64,000 nt of DNA from an uncultured Nitrospinota bacterium (GTDB lineage: Bacteria; Tectomicrobia; Entotheonellia; J063; CAVPRW01): positions 64,001-128,000 of the forward strand of contig CAVPRW010000002.1 in the NCBI GenBank assembly GCA_963707985.1, written 5' to 3'. The notes under the pieces are model-generated. The model was not told the origin of the DNA. It searched no databases and saw only the letters and a list, made by a program, of their open reading frames with translations. Positions within the stretch are counted from its first letter, which is position 1, and every line of letters begins with the position of its first letter. The position numbers were made by a program, and so were the translations under genes. This document shows, piece after piece, positions 33,801-44,024 of this stretch.

Positions 33801-35937
33801 CGAATACAATCCCACCCTCGGCGTCAAAGAAGCCTTAAGCGCGGCATACAACAGTGAGCGGAGCAGCCTTCTCGAAGATCCTGATCGCCGTCTGGATTAC
33901 TCTCGGTTTTTTTGCAACGCGGCAGGCGTGTCGACGTTCCTGAACGACCGCGCCCTCTATCCCACGCTGGCCGGAGTGCAGACCAATCTGTATAAGAATT
34001 TCATTGCTCGGGCATGGGCTGTATTGGGCGAGTACGGAGTAGGTGGCTTGCTGCATCCGGAAGGGGTCTTCGATGATCCCAAAGGGGGAACATTCAGGGC
34101 GGCATATTTTCGGCGATTATTGGGTCATTACCAGGTCAAGAACGAGTTGTTGTTATTCGCTGATGTGCACGACGTGATGACTTTTAGCTTGAATATCTTC
34201 TCAGGCCGTGAAAGGGATGTGAATTTCAAGGCAATTTTCAACCTCTATACACCAGTTACCATCTCTGCGTGTTTGCAGCACGATCGTATTGAAGAGCCGA
34301 TTCCCGGCATCAAGACCGAGGATGGGCACTGGGAGACACGCGGACACGTGCGCCGTATCGTCACCATTACCGAGCGCGAGCTCGCACTTTTTGCCAAGCT
34401 CTTCGAGGATGCGGACACACCAGCGTTGGCAGCTCGCCTACCCCAGGTGCATAGCCAGGAGATTCTGCACGTGCTAGAGCACTTCGTCGCCGTGGACAGA
34501 CGTTTAGGGGATCTGCAGGGTGAGTATTTTGCCACCGTTATGTTTGACGAAACCTACGCACAGCGCGACGGCATCATCACTCGCCAGGATAATCCGAGCT
34601 ATCAGCCGACAACGGCAGATGAGTGGGTCATCTCTGGCCCCCACTTCTACGTCGGTACGCCGCTGAACAAATCGCCGCGCTCGCAATGCACTGCCAACAC
34701 GCACTACGACGACATCGACCTGACGGAGATCCCCGAGGACTATCTCCCGCGCGCCGTGTATCGCCCCGGCAACCGTGACGGTGATTTGACCCCCTTTTAT
34801 GGTGATATCCATGAATGGCCGAGGCCCAGCCATCCGGGGTTCTGGCCGGTGCGTAAAGAGGATATCCCATTCAGGGAACGATTACTTGGGGAGAAAGTCC
34901 GGCTCTACGGCATCGATCCAAGCAAACCAGGGGCGAAAACCGCCCGCCGATTCGCCTATTTTAGTGTGTGGGAAGGGCCTGTCGAAGAGGCTCTGGCCTG
35001 GTTGCGACAGTACAGGAACGATTTGGATATGGCAGCGTTCGCCAGACGATTTGAGGCTGTGCATTTGCAGCAGAGAGAACCGAGTACCAAGGAGATTCAG
35101 CGGCTCCCAATTCCAGTGACATCATTCCCGAAGTTTGCTGTTCGGGCGATGTGCCAACCCGCTAATGAGCACACTCTCATAGGCTCTCTCTCCCCTGCTG
35201 GCCCGACAGCGATCAATGCAGTTCGTTTTGTCACCTTCTCCGATACTACAAATTTGCTAAGGCTTGCTGCGTCATGTCTTTCCATATCTTTTGACTTTTT
35301 CATCAAGATTAAAGGTCGCTCAAATGTGCATGACGATGACCTGAGGGGCCTTCCATTGCTTGAAGGTGTACTTGGCAAACTCTCTGTCGATAGATGTCTT
35401 CGTCTCACATGCCTGACAACGGCTTACGCCGACCTCTGGACCGAAGTCACCGATGACCGCATCCGCAACGATGCCTGGACCAGCGATGATCCACGCCTTT
35501 GCCACGAGTATGAGCTGGCCTGGGCACAGCTCGACCCCACCCATTGGGAATGGAAGACTCCACTCCGCAGAGACTTCGCTCGGCGTCAGGCCTTGCTAGA
35601 AATCGATGTTCTCGTTGCCGTGGCGCTGGGGCTCACCCTTGACGAGCTACTGACCATCTACCGTGTGCAGTTCCCAGTCATGCGCGGCTACGAACTCGTG
35701 GACGAATACGACGCCAGAGGGCGGCACATTCCCAACACCGCCCGTAAGAACCAGGGTGCCAAAGAATTCCGCGACGCCCGAGACGTGTGGGATGGCCATA
35801 GTCCCCTTACTGTCTCCTGGCCGATCGACAACGGCCTGCGCACCGCCACCAAAACCTTCTACCCGCCATTCAGTATAGTGGACCGTGAAGCCGACTACAC
35901 CCGCGCCTACGAGCTGTTCAACGATCGGTACGAATAG
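30838..35937 (+). CDS. Large N6-adenine DNA methyltransferase (Eco57I/DrmMI-like), ~1700 aa, split by two frameshifts (~33110, ~33465)
   Basis: [28 protein letters not shown] (motif I), [28 protein letters not shown] (motif IV); three consecutive ORFs form one protein. Confidence 0.88.
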
Positions 35938-36009
35938 AGGGAAGCCCCATGGCTAAAAAGCCCAAGTTCATATACTACAGCAATCAGGACCTGTATGACA
36001 TCCGCTGGG

Positions 36010-36135
36010 ATGATCGTACCGCTGGCGGCCGGGATCGTTTCCAGTGCTGTTGATTTGCTTCCCGAGCATGGCAAAAGGTCTCCTCTGCGCGCCCTGGATG
36101 CATTACAATTGGCATCAGCTCAGGCTGTGGAAGGG
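36010..36135 (+). pseudogene. PIN/VapC toxin C-terminal fragment
   Basis: AVDLL..H...PLRALDALQLASA motif with no N-terminal half. Confidence 0.6.
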
Positions 36136-36250
36136 GAGCTGAGCCCCAAGGTGGGGGACAGGGATCGTAGGATGAGGTGGGGTTCCCTCATCGTCGGCGC
36201 GCAAATACACGAAATGGAACCAAACAGCGTGGCAAGATTGGAGTGAGATC

Positions 36251-36577
36251 ATGATTCCGAAGAAAGCCGGTCCACAAGAGCACATCACGCGTCTCGATTG
36301 GCTGCTGCACGAAAAGAGCAATGACATCAAGCAGATTGCTGCTCGACACGGCGCCTACAATATCCGGGTCTTTGGCTCCGTCGCGCGGGACGAGGCTGGC
36401 CCTGACAGCGATATCGACTTTCTCATTGATACCGGACTGGCCACCAGCTCTTGGTTTCCGGCGGGTCTCATCCTCGACCTTGAAGACCTCCTGGGCCGGA
36501 GAGTCGAGGTCGTCACGGAAAAGGCACTCAATCCCGACCTTCGCGACTGCGTGCTACGTGAAGCCATACCACTATGA
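36251..36577 (+). CDS. MNT nucleotidyltransferase antitoxin
   Basis: IRVFGSVARDEAGPDSDIDFL; LEDLLGRRVEVV; 4-nt overlap with the HEPN gene. Confidence 0.9.
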   Translation: MIPKKAGPQEHITRLDWLLHEKSNDIKQIAARHGAYNIRVFGSVARDEAGPDSDIDFLIDTGLATSSWFPAGLILDLEDLLGRRVEVVTEKALNPDLRDCVLREAIPL

Positions 36578-36906
36578 AAGATGATGCTGTATACCTCCGT
36601 CATATCTTGGAGTGCATCCGGCGTATCGAGGCCAATGTCGCTGGAGGGCGTGAGCAGTTCCTGGAATCTCACACGCTTCAGGATGCTGTGTTACGAAACC
36701 TGCAGACGATGACTGAGTCAACCCAACGCCTGTCAGACGCATTGAAGATCGCCCATCCAGATGTCGAGTGGAGACGTATTATCGCCTTCCGCAATGTGCT
36801 CGTCCATGATTATCTGGGTATTGACCTGGAGCGGATCTGGGAAATTATCCAGCATGATATTCCCACGTTCAAGCAGGCCATCGCGGTTATGTTGGGTCAG
36901 AGATGA
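36574..36906 (+). CDS. HEPN (DUF86/HepT-like) ribonuclease toxin
   Basis: RNVLVHDY Rx4H motif; YLRHILECI; QDAVLRNL. Confidence 0.92.
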   Translation: MKDDAVYLRHILECIRRIEANVAGGREQFLESHTLQDAVLRNLQTMTESTQRLSDALKIAHPDVEWRRIIAFRNVLVHDYLGIDLERIWEIIQHDIPTFKQAIAVMLGQR

Positions 36907-37073
36907 GAATAAAATATTTCAGGCGATTATCGATCAGGTGGTTGCAGCGTTTTTCTGGTGGCATCCCATTGGCTGATCTATAACACCTAAGTAAATCGAT
37001 CGAGGGAGACTATGAGTGGGCTAGCTTCGCGTAAGCGAAGTAGCGTCTCCAATCAAAGGAGATCGTCCGATTT

Positions 37074-37313
37074 ATGGATCAAGAATCGTTTGAGCAGGAT
37101 ATATTTGCCGTCCTGCGTCAAGTACCAGAGCAGCATCGCATGGCAATTTTAACGATGCTGCAGGATGTCGTGAAAGAGCAGTTTCACGGTAAGACGAAGC
37201 CAACGCAACCGGTATACAGTGTTGAGCGCCATCAAGAAATTCCCAAAATGACTACGACCATTCGCGGCACGTTGGCTGAAGCGATCACCACGGAGCGAGA
37301 GGAACGTGGCTGA
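37074..37313 (+). CDS. Probable antitoxin (VapB-like)
   Basis: 79 aa, RBS AAAGGAG, C-terminus LAEAITTEREER, overlaps a PIN start. Confidence 0.6.
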   Translation: MDQESFEQDIFAVLRQVPEQHRMAILTMLQDVVKEQFHGKTKPTQPVYSVERHQEIPKMTTTIRGTLAEAITTEREERG

Positions 37314-37458
37314 GGGGCACTCCACGTACTTTCTGGATACCAGCGCGTTGGCAAAACTCTACCACCAGGAGCCTGGCAGCGAGTTCGTAGAGGCATGGGC
37401 TAGCGATTGCCTCCGCGCGAGAAAAATCTGGCTGGAACGCAAGAGAGCGGAGACATGA
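37306..37458 (+). pseudogene. PIN/VapC toxin N-terminal fragment
   Basis: Manual translation (V/M)AEGHSTYFLDTSALAKLYHQEPGSEFVE...; stops after 50 aa. Confidence 0.7.
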
Positions 37459-37898
37459 GCCTACCCGCGCTCCTACCGAATGGGTTTCTCCCGCCTGGTA
37501 TACACGCGGCGACACTACCGGATATCGTCGCCCAGTTTGGGATAGGTAACCCGCGGCGCCAGGAGTTGGGAACTCGCCTACAGGAACTACTTCGGGTGGC
37601 GCGATCTACAGGTACACTTCGCCATGCCTTCATCTATGGCAGCTTCGTTACAGACAAGCCATTCCCACGGGATCTCGATGTTTTTCTGTTCACGCAAGAA
37701 GGGTTTGACCGTGTCTTCAGGCAGCTGCCGCAATTGCAAAAGAACATATTCGAGCATGACCGTGCTCGGCTGATGTTCGAAGCCGATGTCTTCTGGGCAA
37801 CCGAGGCTATCGGGTTGAACGAACTCAATTCTTGGCTCAGTGTCTATACTATCCCGCGATATGATCGAGCGAGGCATTGTGGAGGTAATCTTCGGTGA
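37455..37898 (+). CDS. Pol-beta-like nucleotidyltransferase (DUF6932-like)
   Basis: GFLPPGIH, FIYGSFVTDKPFPRDLDV; ATGA overlap at the start. Confidence 0.75.
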   Translation: MSLPALLPNGFLPPGIHAATLPDIVAQFGIGNPRRQELGTRLQELLRVARSTGTLRHAFIYGSFVTDKPFPRDLDVFLFTQEGFDRVFRQLPQLQKNIFEHDRARLMFEADVFWATEAIGLNELNSWLSVYTIPRYDRARHCGGNLR

Positions 37899-38092
37899 TA
37901 GAGACGATGGATCAATTTGAGCGTGCAGAAGAGGCCATTATCAAGATGAAGCGTTTCCTGCTTGCCGCTCGACGGACGCATAGTGCCGAGGCTTATGAGA
38001 CGCTAGCAGCCCCTATCTTGCGTGAATTGCAAGAGCGAGAGCGAGACGTGCTCATCTACTTGAGCCAAGCGTCAAGAGTGGCTGGCGGCTAG
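37895..38092 (+). CDS. Small helical protein coupled to the DUF6932-like gene
   Basis: 65 aa, GTGA overlap, RBS GGAGG. Confidence 0.55.
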   Translation: MIETMDQFERAEEAIIKMKRFLLAARRTHSAEAYETLAAPILRELQERERDVLIYLSQASRVAGG

Positions 38093-38242
38093 TGGCTAGC
38101 AGCTCGTGGTGAATGGCTCGTGGCTGGTAACTGGTGGGCATTGCTGTCTAACCATTGCTCACTAGCCGCTGTAGTCACTGACTCGGGACAAGGAACGACA
38201 ACGCGGTTAGGCATTACAAAGAACTCGTCGTGTGGAGGTTCC

Positions 38243-38876
38243 ATGCTTCCTGCCCACCTCGCCGAGAACATCCGCCAACAGGTGCTGTATTATCTCCAGT
38301 CCACCTTCGACTTTCGTGATAAGGGGGTGGAGCGGGCGTTTGAGCGCTTTCTCGATGACCCCGAGACGGGGGTGTTCAAAGGTCCATGGGTGCACCTGCG
38401 CCGCCCATTCCGGCCGGCACCTCCAGAGATAGCCCTGCCCTTCGATATCTATGTCCCATTCCCGCCGTTCCTCCATCAGTGGCGGGCCTGGGAGCGCCTG
38501 TCCAGTAGGGATCATCGGCCCCAGTCGACGGTCATCACCACCGGTACTGGATCGGGAAAGACCGAGTGTTTTCTCTATCCCATTCTCGACCATTGTCGCC
38601 GTGCGCGGCAGCAGGGACAGAAAGGCATCAAGGCCGTCATCCTCTATCCTATGAATGCCCTGGCGGCCGACCAGGAGAAGCGCTTGGCCCGGGTGATCTG
38701 GGACGATCCCGTGCTGAAAGCGAGTGGCATTCGTGTGGGCAATTATACTGGCCGCTACGATCCTGCAGACCCTGGTGCCAGCGCCGGGAGTGGGACCAGT
38801 GCTATGGGACCGGAATTTGGCATGAGCAACCACGCTGCCCAGCAGGAGCACCCGCCAGATATTCTCCTGACCAATG
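38243..38876 (+). pseudogene. N-terminal fragment of a YprA/DUF1998-type DEAD/DEAH helicase
   Basis: RBS GGAGG; PFLHQ Q motif, TGTGSGKTECF, ILYPMNALAADQ, PPDILLTN, then homology ends before the DExH motif. Confidence 0.82.
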
Positions 38877-39833
38877 CCACGCGAAGCCCTGCAAGAGGAA
38901 TATGCCTGGGTTGTCGACCCCAACGGCATCGCGGATGAGGAAGCCTATCTGACGGCTGTCCGCTCAGGTCGATCGAGGATAACCCGCGAGCAACGACGCC
39001 AAGTGTGGGCTATCTTTCGGATGTTCCAGCGGGGCCTCCACAAGCACAACCTGCTCACCTTCGACGGCGCCATTAATCAGGCACGACTGGCGGTCGAACA
39101 TGGAAATTTTCAGCCATACGCGCATGTCTTGGTCGATGAGGTGCAAGATTTTAGCTTGGAAGCCCTGCGTCTGGTGCGGGCCCTCAGCCCAACAGCGGAA
39201 TCTGCACGTGATCCGCTGTGCCTGGTCGGCGATGGGCACCAGCGCATCTACCACACAAAGATCTCGTTGAGCCGGGCTGGCATCGACGTGCGTGGACGGT
39301 CACGCCGGTTGAAGGTCAACTATCGCACCAGCGAACAGATCCGCCAGTATGCTCAACGCATGCTACGTGGGACGGACATCGACGACCTCGCGGGAGGGAT
39401 AGCCTCGGTTGCTGGCGATCACTCGATCTTCAAGGGGCCAGAGCCGGTCATCATGCGGTGTCGAGACGCTCCCGCTGAAGCACACGCTGTCGTGGACTGG
39501 GTGCGGAATCTCATCGCGGGGCGGGAGATCAAACCCCATGAAGTCTGTGTGACTCCGTATAAGCCGCTGATCGTCCAGAGGTTGAACAGCGCTGGTATCC
39601 CGGCGCCCGAGCTGAGAGACCGGGAAGATCCGGGGGAGAAAGTGCCTGGAGTCCGGCTGGGAAGCATGAAACGGATTAAAGGGTTAGAATTTCGTGCCGT
39701 CGCTATGATGTGCGCCGATCGCCACGACCCGCGCGAGAATCGTCCCGATTTTGAAGCACTGAGCCGCTGCGAGCGCTATGTTGCCGCTACCCGTGCCAGA
39801 GAATATCTGCTCGTCACCCTACCGGAAGCATGA
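38877..39833 (+). pseudogene. C-terminal part of a UvrD-like SF1 helicase
   Basis: VLVDEVQD, LVGDGHQRIY, LKVNYRTS, KGLEF, YVAATRAR; Walker A absent. Confidence 0.82.
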
Positions 39834-39960
39834 TGGCGACTTCTGACTCGGGCTGACGTGAGACAAATGCATGGCCGTAAGGACGCAGTATACCCCCTCG
39901 TCCTACCGCCATGCCTCGCCAACCGGACATGCGCAGTTGCGCTCGGGCATACATTCACCT

Positions 39961-40053
39961 CCTCTCCCCTGAGATAGGGCTGGGGTGAGGGAAACCCAGC
40001 AGCTCGATGACGCTCTACTCCCCTCACCCTGACCCTCTCCCGAAAGGAGAGGG
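39961..40053. repeat. Inverted pair of REP-like elements at the right end of the defence island
   Basis: CCTCTCCCCTGAGATAGGGCTGGGGTGAGGG (39961-39991) and CCCTCACCCTGACCCTCTCCCGAAAGGAGAGGG (40021-40053). Confidence 0.75.
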
Positions 40054-40168
40054 AAGATGGCATAGTGGCTCCTGCAACACCCTGACGCGCACCTAGACGA
40101 GTTGGTGGCGTTGACAGAGAGTGAAGTGGCATGTTAAGAGTGTCCACGAACACTGATTCGGAGGGCAC

Positions 40169-41227
40169 ATGACTACGAGCACTGACCGATTTCTGAGAGC
40201 TTGTCGGCGCCAGCCAGTTGATTGTACCCCGGTGTGGTTCATGCGGCAGGCGGGGCGTTATATGGCTGCATACCAGGCGTTGCGCCAGCGCTATTCGCTC
40301 CTCGACCTGTGTAAAACGCCAGAGCTGGCGGCCGAGGTGACGCTGCAACCCGTTCAGCGGCTGCCGGTTGACGCCGCGATTATCTTCACCGACCTGCTCA
40401 TTCCATTGGAACCGATGGGGGCAAGACTGGTCTTCGCACCGCATGAAGGGCCGGTGATCGAGAATCCAATCCGCTCGGCCTCGGATGTCGAGGCGCTGCG
40501 CACGGTCGATCCCCAAGCAGACCTGGCCTTCACCCTCGAGGCGATCCGGATGGTGTGCCGTGAACTCGATGGGAAGGTACCATTGATCGGTTTCGCCGGA
40601 GCCCCATTCACCCTGGCCAGCTATCTCATCGAGGGAAGTGGGTCGCGCCATTACATTCAGACGAAACAGTTGATGTACCACCAACCGGAGGCTTGGCATG
40701 GGCTTCTGGACAAGCTGGCCTCCGTAGCTACGGCGTTTTTACAAGCGCAAATCGCCGCGGGTGCGCAGGTAGTACAACTCTTCGACAGCTGGGTGGGCTG
40801 TCTTTCCCCAGATGACTATCGCCGCTATGTGCTGCCATACACCAAGCAGGTGATCGACGGGCTGCGCAATGCCGGCGCCCCAGTCATTCATTTCGGCACC
40901 GACACGGCGATGTTACTCGACGTCATGCGCGAAGCCGGAAGCGATGTGATTGGCGTGGATTGGCGCATCCCCCTCGACGATGCATGGCGCCGTATCGGGC
41001 CCGACGTGGGCATTCAGGGGAATCTCGATCCGGTGGTGTTGTTCGCCCCGCTGCCGGAAATCGAGCGGCGCGTGGAGGATATCATACAGCGGGCTGGGAA
41101 CCGGCCTGGCCATATCTTTAACCTCGGCCATGGTATCTTGCCGGAGACGCCCGTCGAGCATGTGTATGCCGTGGCCGACCTGGTACATGCGCGTAGCGCC
41201 CGGAAGAAGCAGAGTGTTGAGGGATAA
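40169..41227 (+). CDS. hemE: Uroporphyrinogen decarboxylase
   Basis: PVWFMRQAGRY, GFAGAPFTLASY, QGNLDP, FNLGHGI. Confidence 0.97.
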   Translation: MTTSTDRFLRACRRQPVDCTPVWFMRQAGRYMAAYQALRQRYSLLDLCKTPELAAEVTLQPVQRLPVDAAIIFTDLLIPLEPMGARLVFAPHEGPVIENPIRSASDVEALRTVDPQADLAFTLEAIRMVCRELDGKVPLIGFAGAPFTLASYLIEGSGSRHYIQTKQLMYHQPEAWHGLLDKLASVATAFLQAQIAAGAQVVQLFDSWVGCLSPDDYRRYVLPYTKQVIDGLRNAGAPVIHFGTDTAMLLDVMREAGSDVIGVDWRIPLDDAWRRIGPDVGIQGNLDPVVLFAPLPEIERRVEDIIQRAGNRPGHIFNLGHGILPETPVEHVYAVADLVHARSARKKQSVEG

Positions 41228-41294
41228 GTGGGAGGAGGCCAGACTCGTCAGCGCTCATGGCTCAGCCTTGACCTCTAAGAGTGAGGATGTGCTT

Positions 41295-42284
41295 GTGAAG
41301 CTTCACGTCTCATCTGTATCGACCGCCGAGATGACCGGTGTCCTGCTGATGGCCCATGGCAGCCCGGACAACCTTGACGACATGGGCACCTACCTCCAGC
41401 ATGTGCGCGGCGGACGTGCCACCCCACAGGCGCTGGTGGACGATATTCGGGGGCGCTACCAGTTGATCGGTGGCCGCTCGCCGTTGCTCGATCTGACACG
41501 TGCCCAGGGGCAGGCGTTGGAGGAGCGTTTAAACACCAACGCCAGACGCTTTCGGGTCTATGTCGGCATGCGGCACTGGCACCCATTTATCAAGGACACC
41601 GTGGCGCAGATGGTGCAGGATGGTATTCAACGTCTCGTGGCGGTGAGTATGGCGCCACAGTATTCGCCACTCAGCGTGGGTGCCTATCGACGCGCCCTGG
41701 AAACGGCTCAGTCAGCGTTGGGGGCCAGTCTAGAGATGACGATCGTCACCAGCTGGCATGATCACCCAGGGCTCCTCCAGGCATTCGCGGAGCGCGTGCA
41801 GGAGGTTTACCAGCAGCTTAACCTTGAAGGACAAGCCCAGTTAAGCGTCGTCTTCACCGCTCACAGCTTGCCAGAACGTGTCCTGGCAGAAGGCGATCCC
41901 TATCCCCACGAGGTTGAGCGCACCGCTGCGGGAGTGGCCAGGTTGCTGGGATTGACGACCTGGGAGATCGCCTATCAGAGTCAGGGAGCGACCGCGGAGG
42001 CCTGGCTGGGCCCGACACTCGATGAAGTATGCGCACGTGCGGCAATGCAGGGCCGGAGAGCGCTTTTACTCGTGCCCGTCGGCTTTGTCTGCGATCATGT
42101 GGAAATCCTCTACGACATCGATATCTTGGCGCAGAAGGTTGCCCGGGAGAAGGGCTTACGCCTCATGCGCACGGCCTCACTGAACACCTCATCGACTTTC
42201 ATTGACGCTTTGGCACACGTGGTTGAGTCCCACTTGCCTGATGGGCACCCCGCGCCTGCCCAGGCCACAAGGAACGATCGATGA
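41295..42284 (+). CDS. hemH: Ferrochelatase (coproporphyrin ferrochelatase type)
   Basis: LLMAHGSP, IGGRSPL, VGMRHWHP, FTAHSLP, WLGP, GFVCDHVEILYDID; start uncertain (41289, 41295 or 41331). Confidence 0.94.
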   Translation: MKLHVSSVSTAEMTGVLLMAHGSPDNLDDMGTYLQHVRGGRATPQALVDDIRGRYQLIGGRSPLLDLTRAQGQALEERLNTNARRFRVYVGMRHWHPFIKDTVAQMVQDGIQRLVAVSMAPQYSPLSVGAYRRALETAQSALGASLEMTIVTSWHDHPGLLQAFAERVQEVYQQLNLEGQAQLSVVFTAHSLPERVLAEGDPYPHEVERTAAGVARLLGLTTWEIAYQSQGATAEAWLGPTLDEVCARAAMQGRRALLLVPVGFVCDHVEILYDIDILAQKVAREKGLRLMRTASLNTSSTFIDALAHVVESHLPDGHPAPAQATRNDR

Positions 42285-43774
42285 AGAGGCCGGACCTCGG
42301 GCTGAGGACACCGCTGGCGCAGTCCGCAGTCCATAGTCCGCACCATTCTTCCCATGTCATCGTCATCGGTGGCGGTATCGCCGGGTTGTCGACAGCGTAT
42401 GCGCTTCAAGAACAGACGCGCCTGAGCGGGGTGCCGCTTGCCTGTACGTTAATTGAGGCCCAGGAGCGGCTGGGTGGGGTGATCTTGACAGAACGTGTGG
42501 GCGACTTCGTCATCGAAGCGGGTCCCGATTCCCTCCTGACCCAGAAGCCCTGGGGGCTGGACTTGTGCCGGACCCTTGGCATCAGCGACCGCTTGATCGG
42601 CACCAACGATCAGCAACGACGGATCTATATACTCTGGGGCGGGCGTCTGCATGCATTGCCACAGGGATTGATGCTCATCGTCCCTAGCCGCCTTGGGCCA
42701 CTCTTCCGTAGCCAGTTACTATCATGGCCGGGAAAACTCCGTATAGGGTTGGAGTATTTCCTCCCGCCGCGGCCGCCGGACGGGGACGAAAGCCTGGCGG
42801 GGTTCGTGCGCCGCCGTCTCGGGCGGGAGGCCCTGGAGAAAATCGCTGAGCCGTTGCTGGCCGGCATTTATGCGGGGTCTTCGGATGCTCTGAGTGTGCT
42901 GGCCACCTTCCCTCGCTTGCGTGAGCTTGAGCGCACCCACGGGGGGCTCATTCGCGGGGCACTGGCCCAGCGTCGGGCTGCGTTCTCGGGCAACCCTGCC
43001 ACCACAACCATGTTCATGGCGCCGCGGGGGGGCATGGCAGAGATTGTCGACGTCCTCAGCAGTCGTCTCGATCGTGTTGTCAAAAGGCTGGGTCAGACCG
43101 TGCAGCGCGTCGTGCCGTACGGCGACGGCCAGGCTGAACCACACGGCTATGCGGTGCATCTCGATGATGCGACGATCCTGCATGCCGACGCAGTGGTGTT
43201 TGCCACGCCGGCATATGTTACGGCCCGTTTGGTCGAGGGCTTCCATCCCAGTCTGGCCAATGCCTTACGCGCTATTTCCTATGTTTCCTCCGCGACTATT
43301 TCGCTGGCCTACCGGCGCCGCGATGTCTCGCACCCACTCGACGGTTTCGGCTTCCTGGTCGGAAAGCACGAAGGGCGCCGCATCATGGCAGCCACCTGGA
43401 CCTCGACCAAATTCGCTTCTCGTGCCCCTGCCGATGGTGTGCTGATCCGGGGTTTCGTCGGTGGACCGGGCTGTGAGGATCTGGTGATGCTCGATGACGC
43501 AGCCTTGATTCAACTCGTGCGCCACGAGTTGAAGGCGATTTTAGGAATTCGTGTCACCCCGCTGCTGGCCAGGGTCTACCGCTGGGAGCGCGCCAATCCC
43601 CAATATGGGGTGGGGCATCTGGAACGCGTTGACGCCATGGACCGGCTGTTGGTCCCCTACCCTGGTTTGTCACTCACCGGCAGTGCCTACCGAGGCGTTG
43701 GCGTTCCCGACTGTATACATCAAGGGACTCAAACCGCCAAGCGCCTGCTCGCATCCCTAGCGCCCGTCAAGTGA
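42281..43774 (+). CDS. hemY: Protoporphyrinogen/coproporphyrinogen oxidase, HemY type
   Basis: GGGIAGL FAD motif, EAGPDSLL, EPLLAGIYAG, PQYGVGH, GVGVPDCI. Confidence 0.95.
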   Translation: MKRPDLGLRTPLAQSAVHSPHHSSHVIVIGGGIAGLSTAYALQEQTRLSGVPLACTLIEAQERLGGVILTERVGDFVIEAGPDSLLTQKPWGLDLCRTLGISDRLIGTNDQQRRIYILWGGRLHALPQGLMLIVPSRLGPLFRSQLLSWPGKLRIGLEYFLPPRPPDGDESLAGFVRRRLGREALEKIAEPLLAGIYAGSSDALSVLATFPRLRELERTHGGLIRGALAQRRAAFSGNPATTTMFMAPRGGMAEIVDVLSSRLDRVVKRLGQTVQRVVPYGDGQAEPHGYAVHLDDATILHADAVVFATPAYVTARLVEGFHPSLANALRAISYVSSATISLAYRRRDVSHPLDGFGFLVGKHEGRRIMAATWTSTKFASRAPADGVLIRGFVGGPGCEDLVMLDDAALIQLVRHELKAILGIRVTPLLARVYRWERANPQYGVGHLERVDAMDRLLVPYPGLSLTGSAYRGVGVPDCIHQGTQTAKRLLASLAPVK

Positions 43775-44024
43775 CCATCGTGCCGTTCACCCCTGTCGAA
43801 ACCTGTACCTGACTGATCCTGAGTCTGCTATCCGACTTGCACGCCTACATAGATCTGTTGTTGCATGCCTGCCGAGCGACCGTACAATTTAATTGCATAA
43901 ATTTTATCAATATGATAATTATTTAGTAAAATATTATCTATATTAATCTCATAGCAACTCACCATGGATATCAGGTCAGGACCCAGCGTGGACATGGTCG
44001 TCTCAAGCGGCGCACCGAATATGC

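Noticed and set aside
43904..43918. TTATCA-N3-TGATAA palindrome as a Fur-type box
   Set aside because: Only 6-bp arms in very AT-rich DNA; could be chance.
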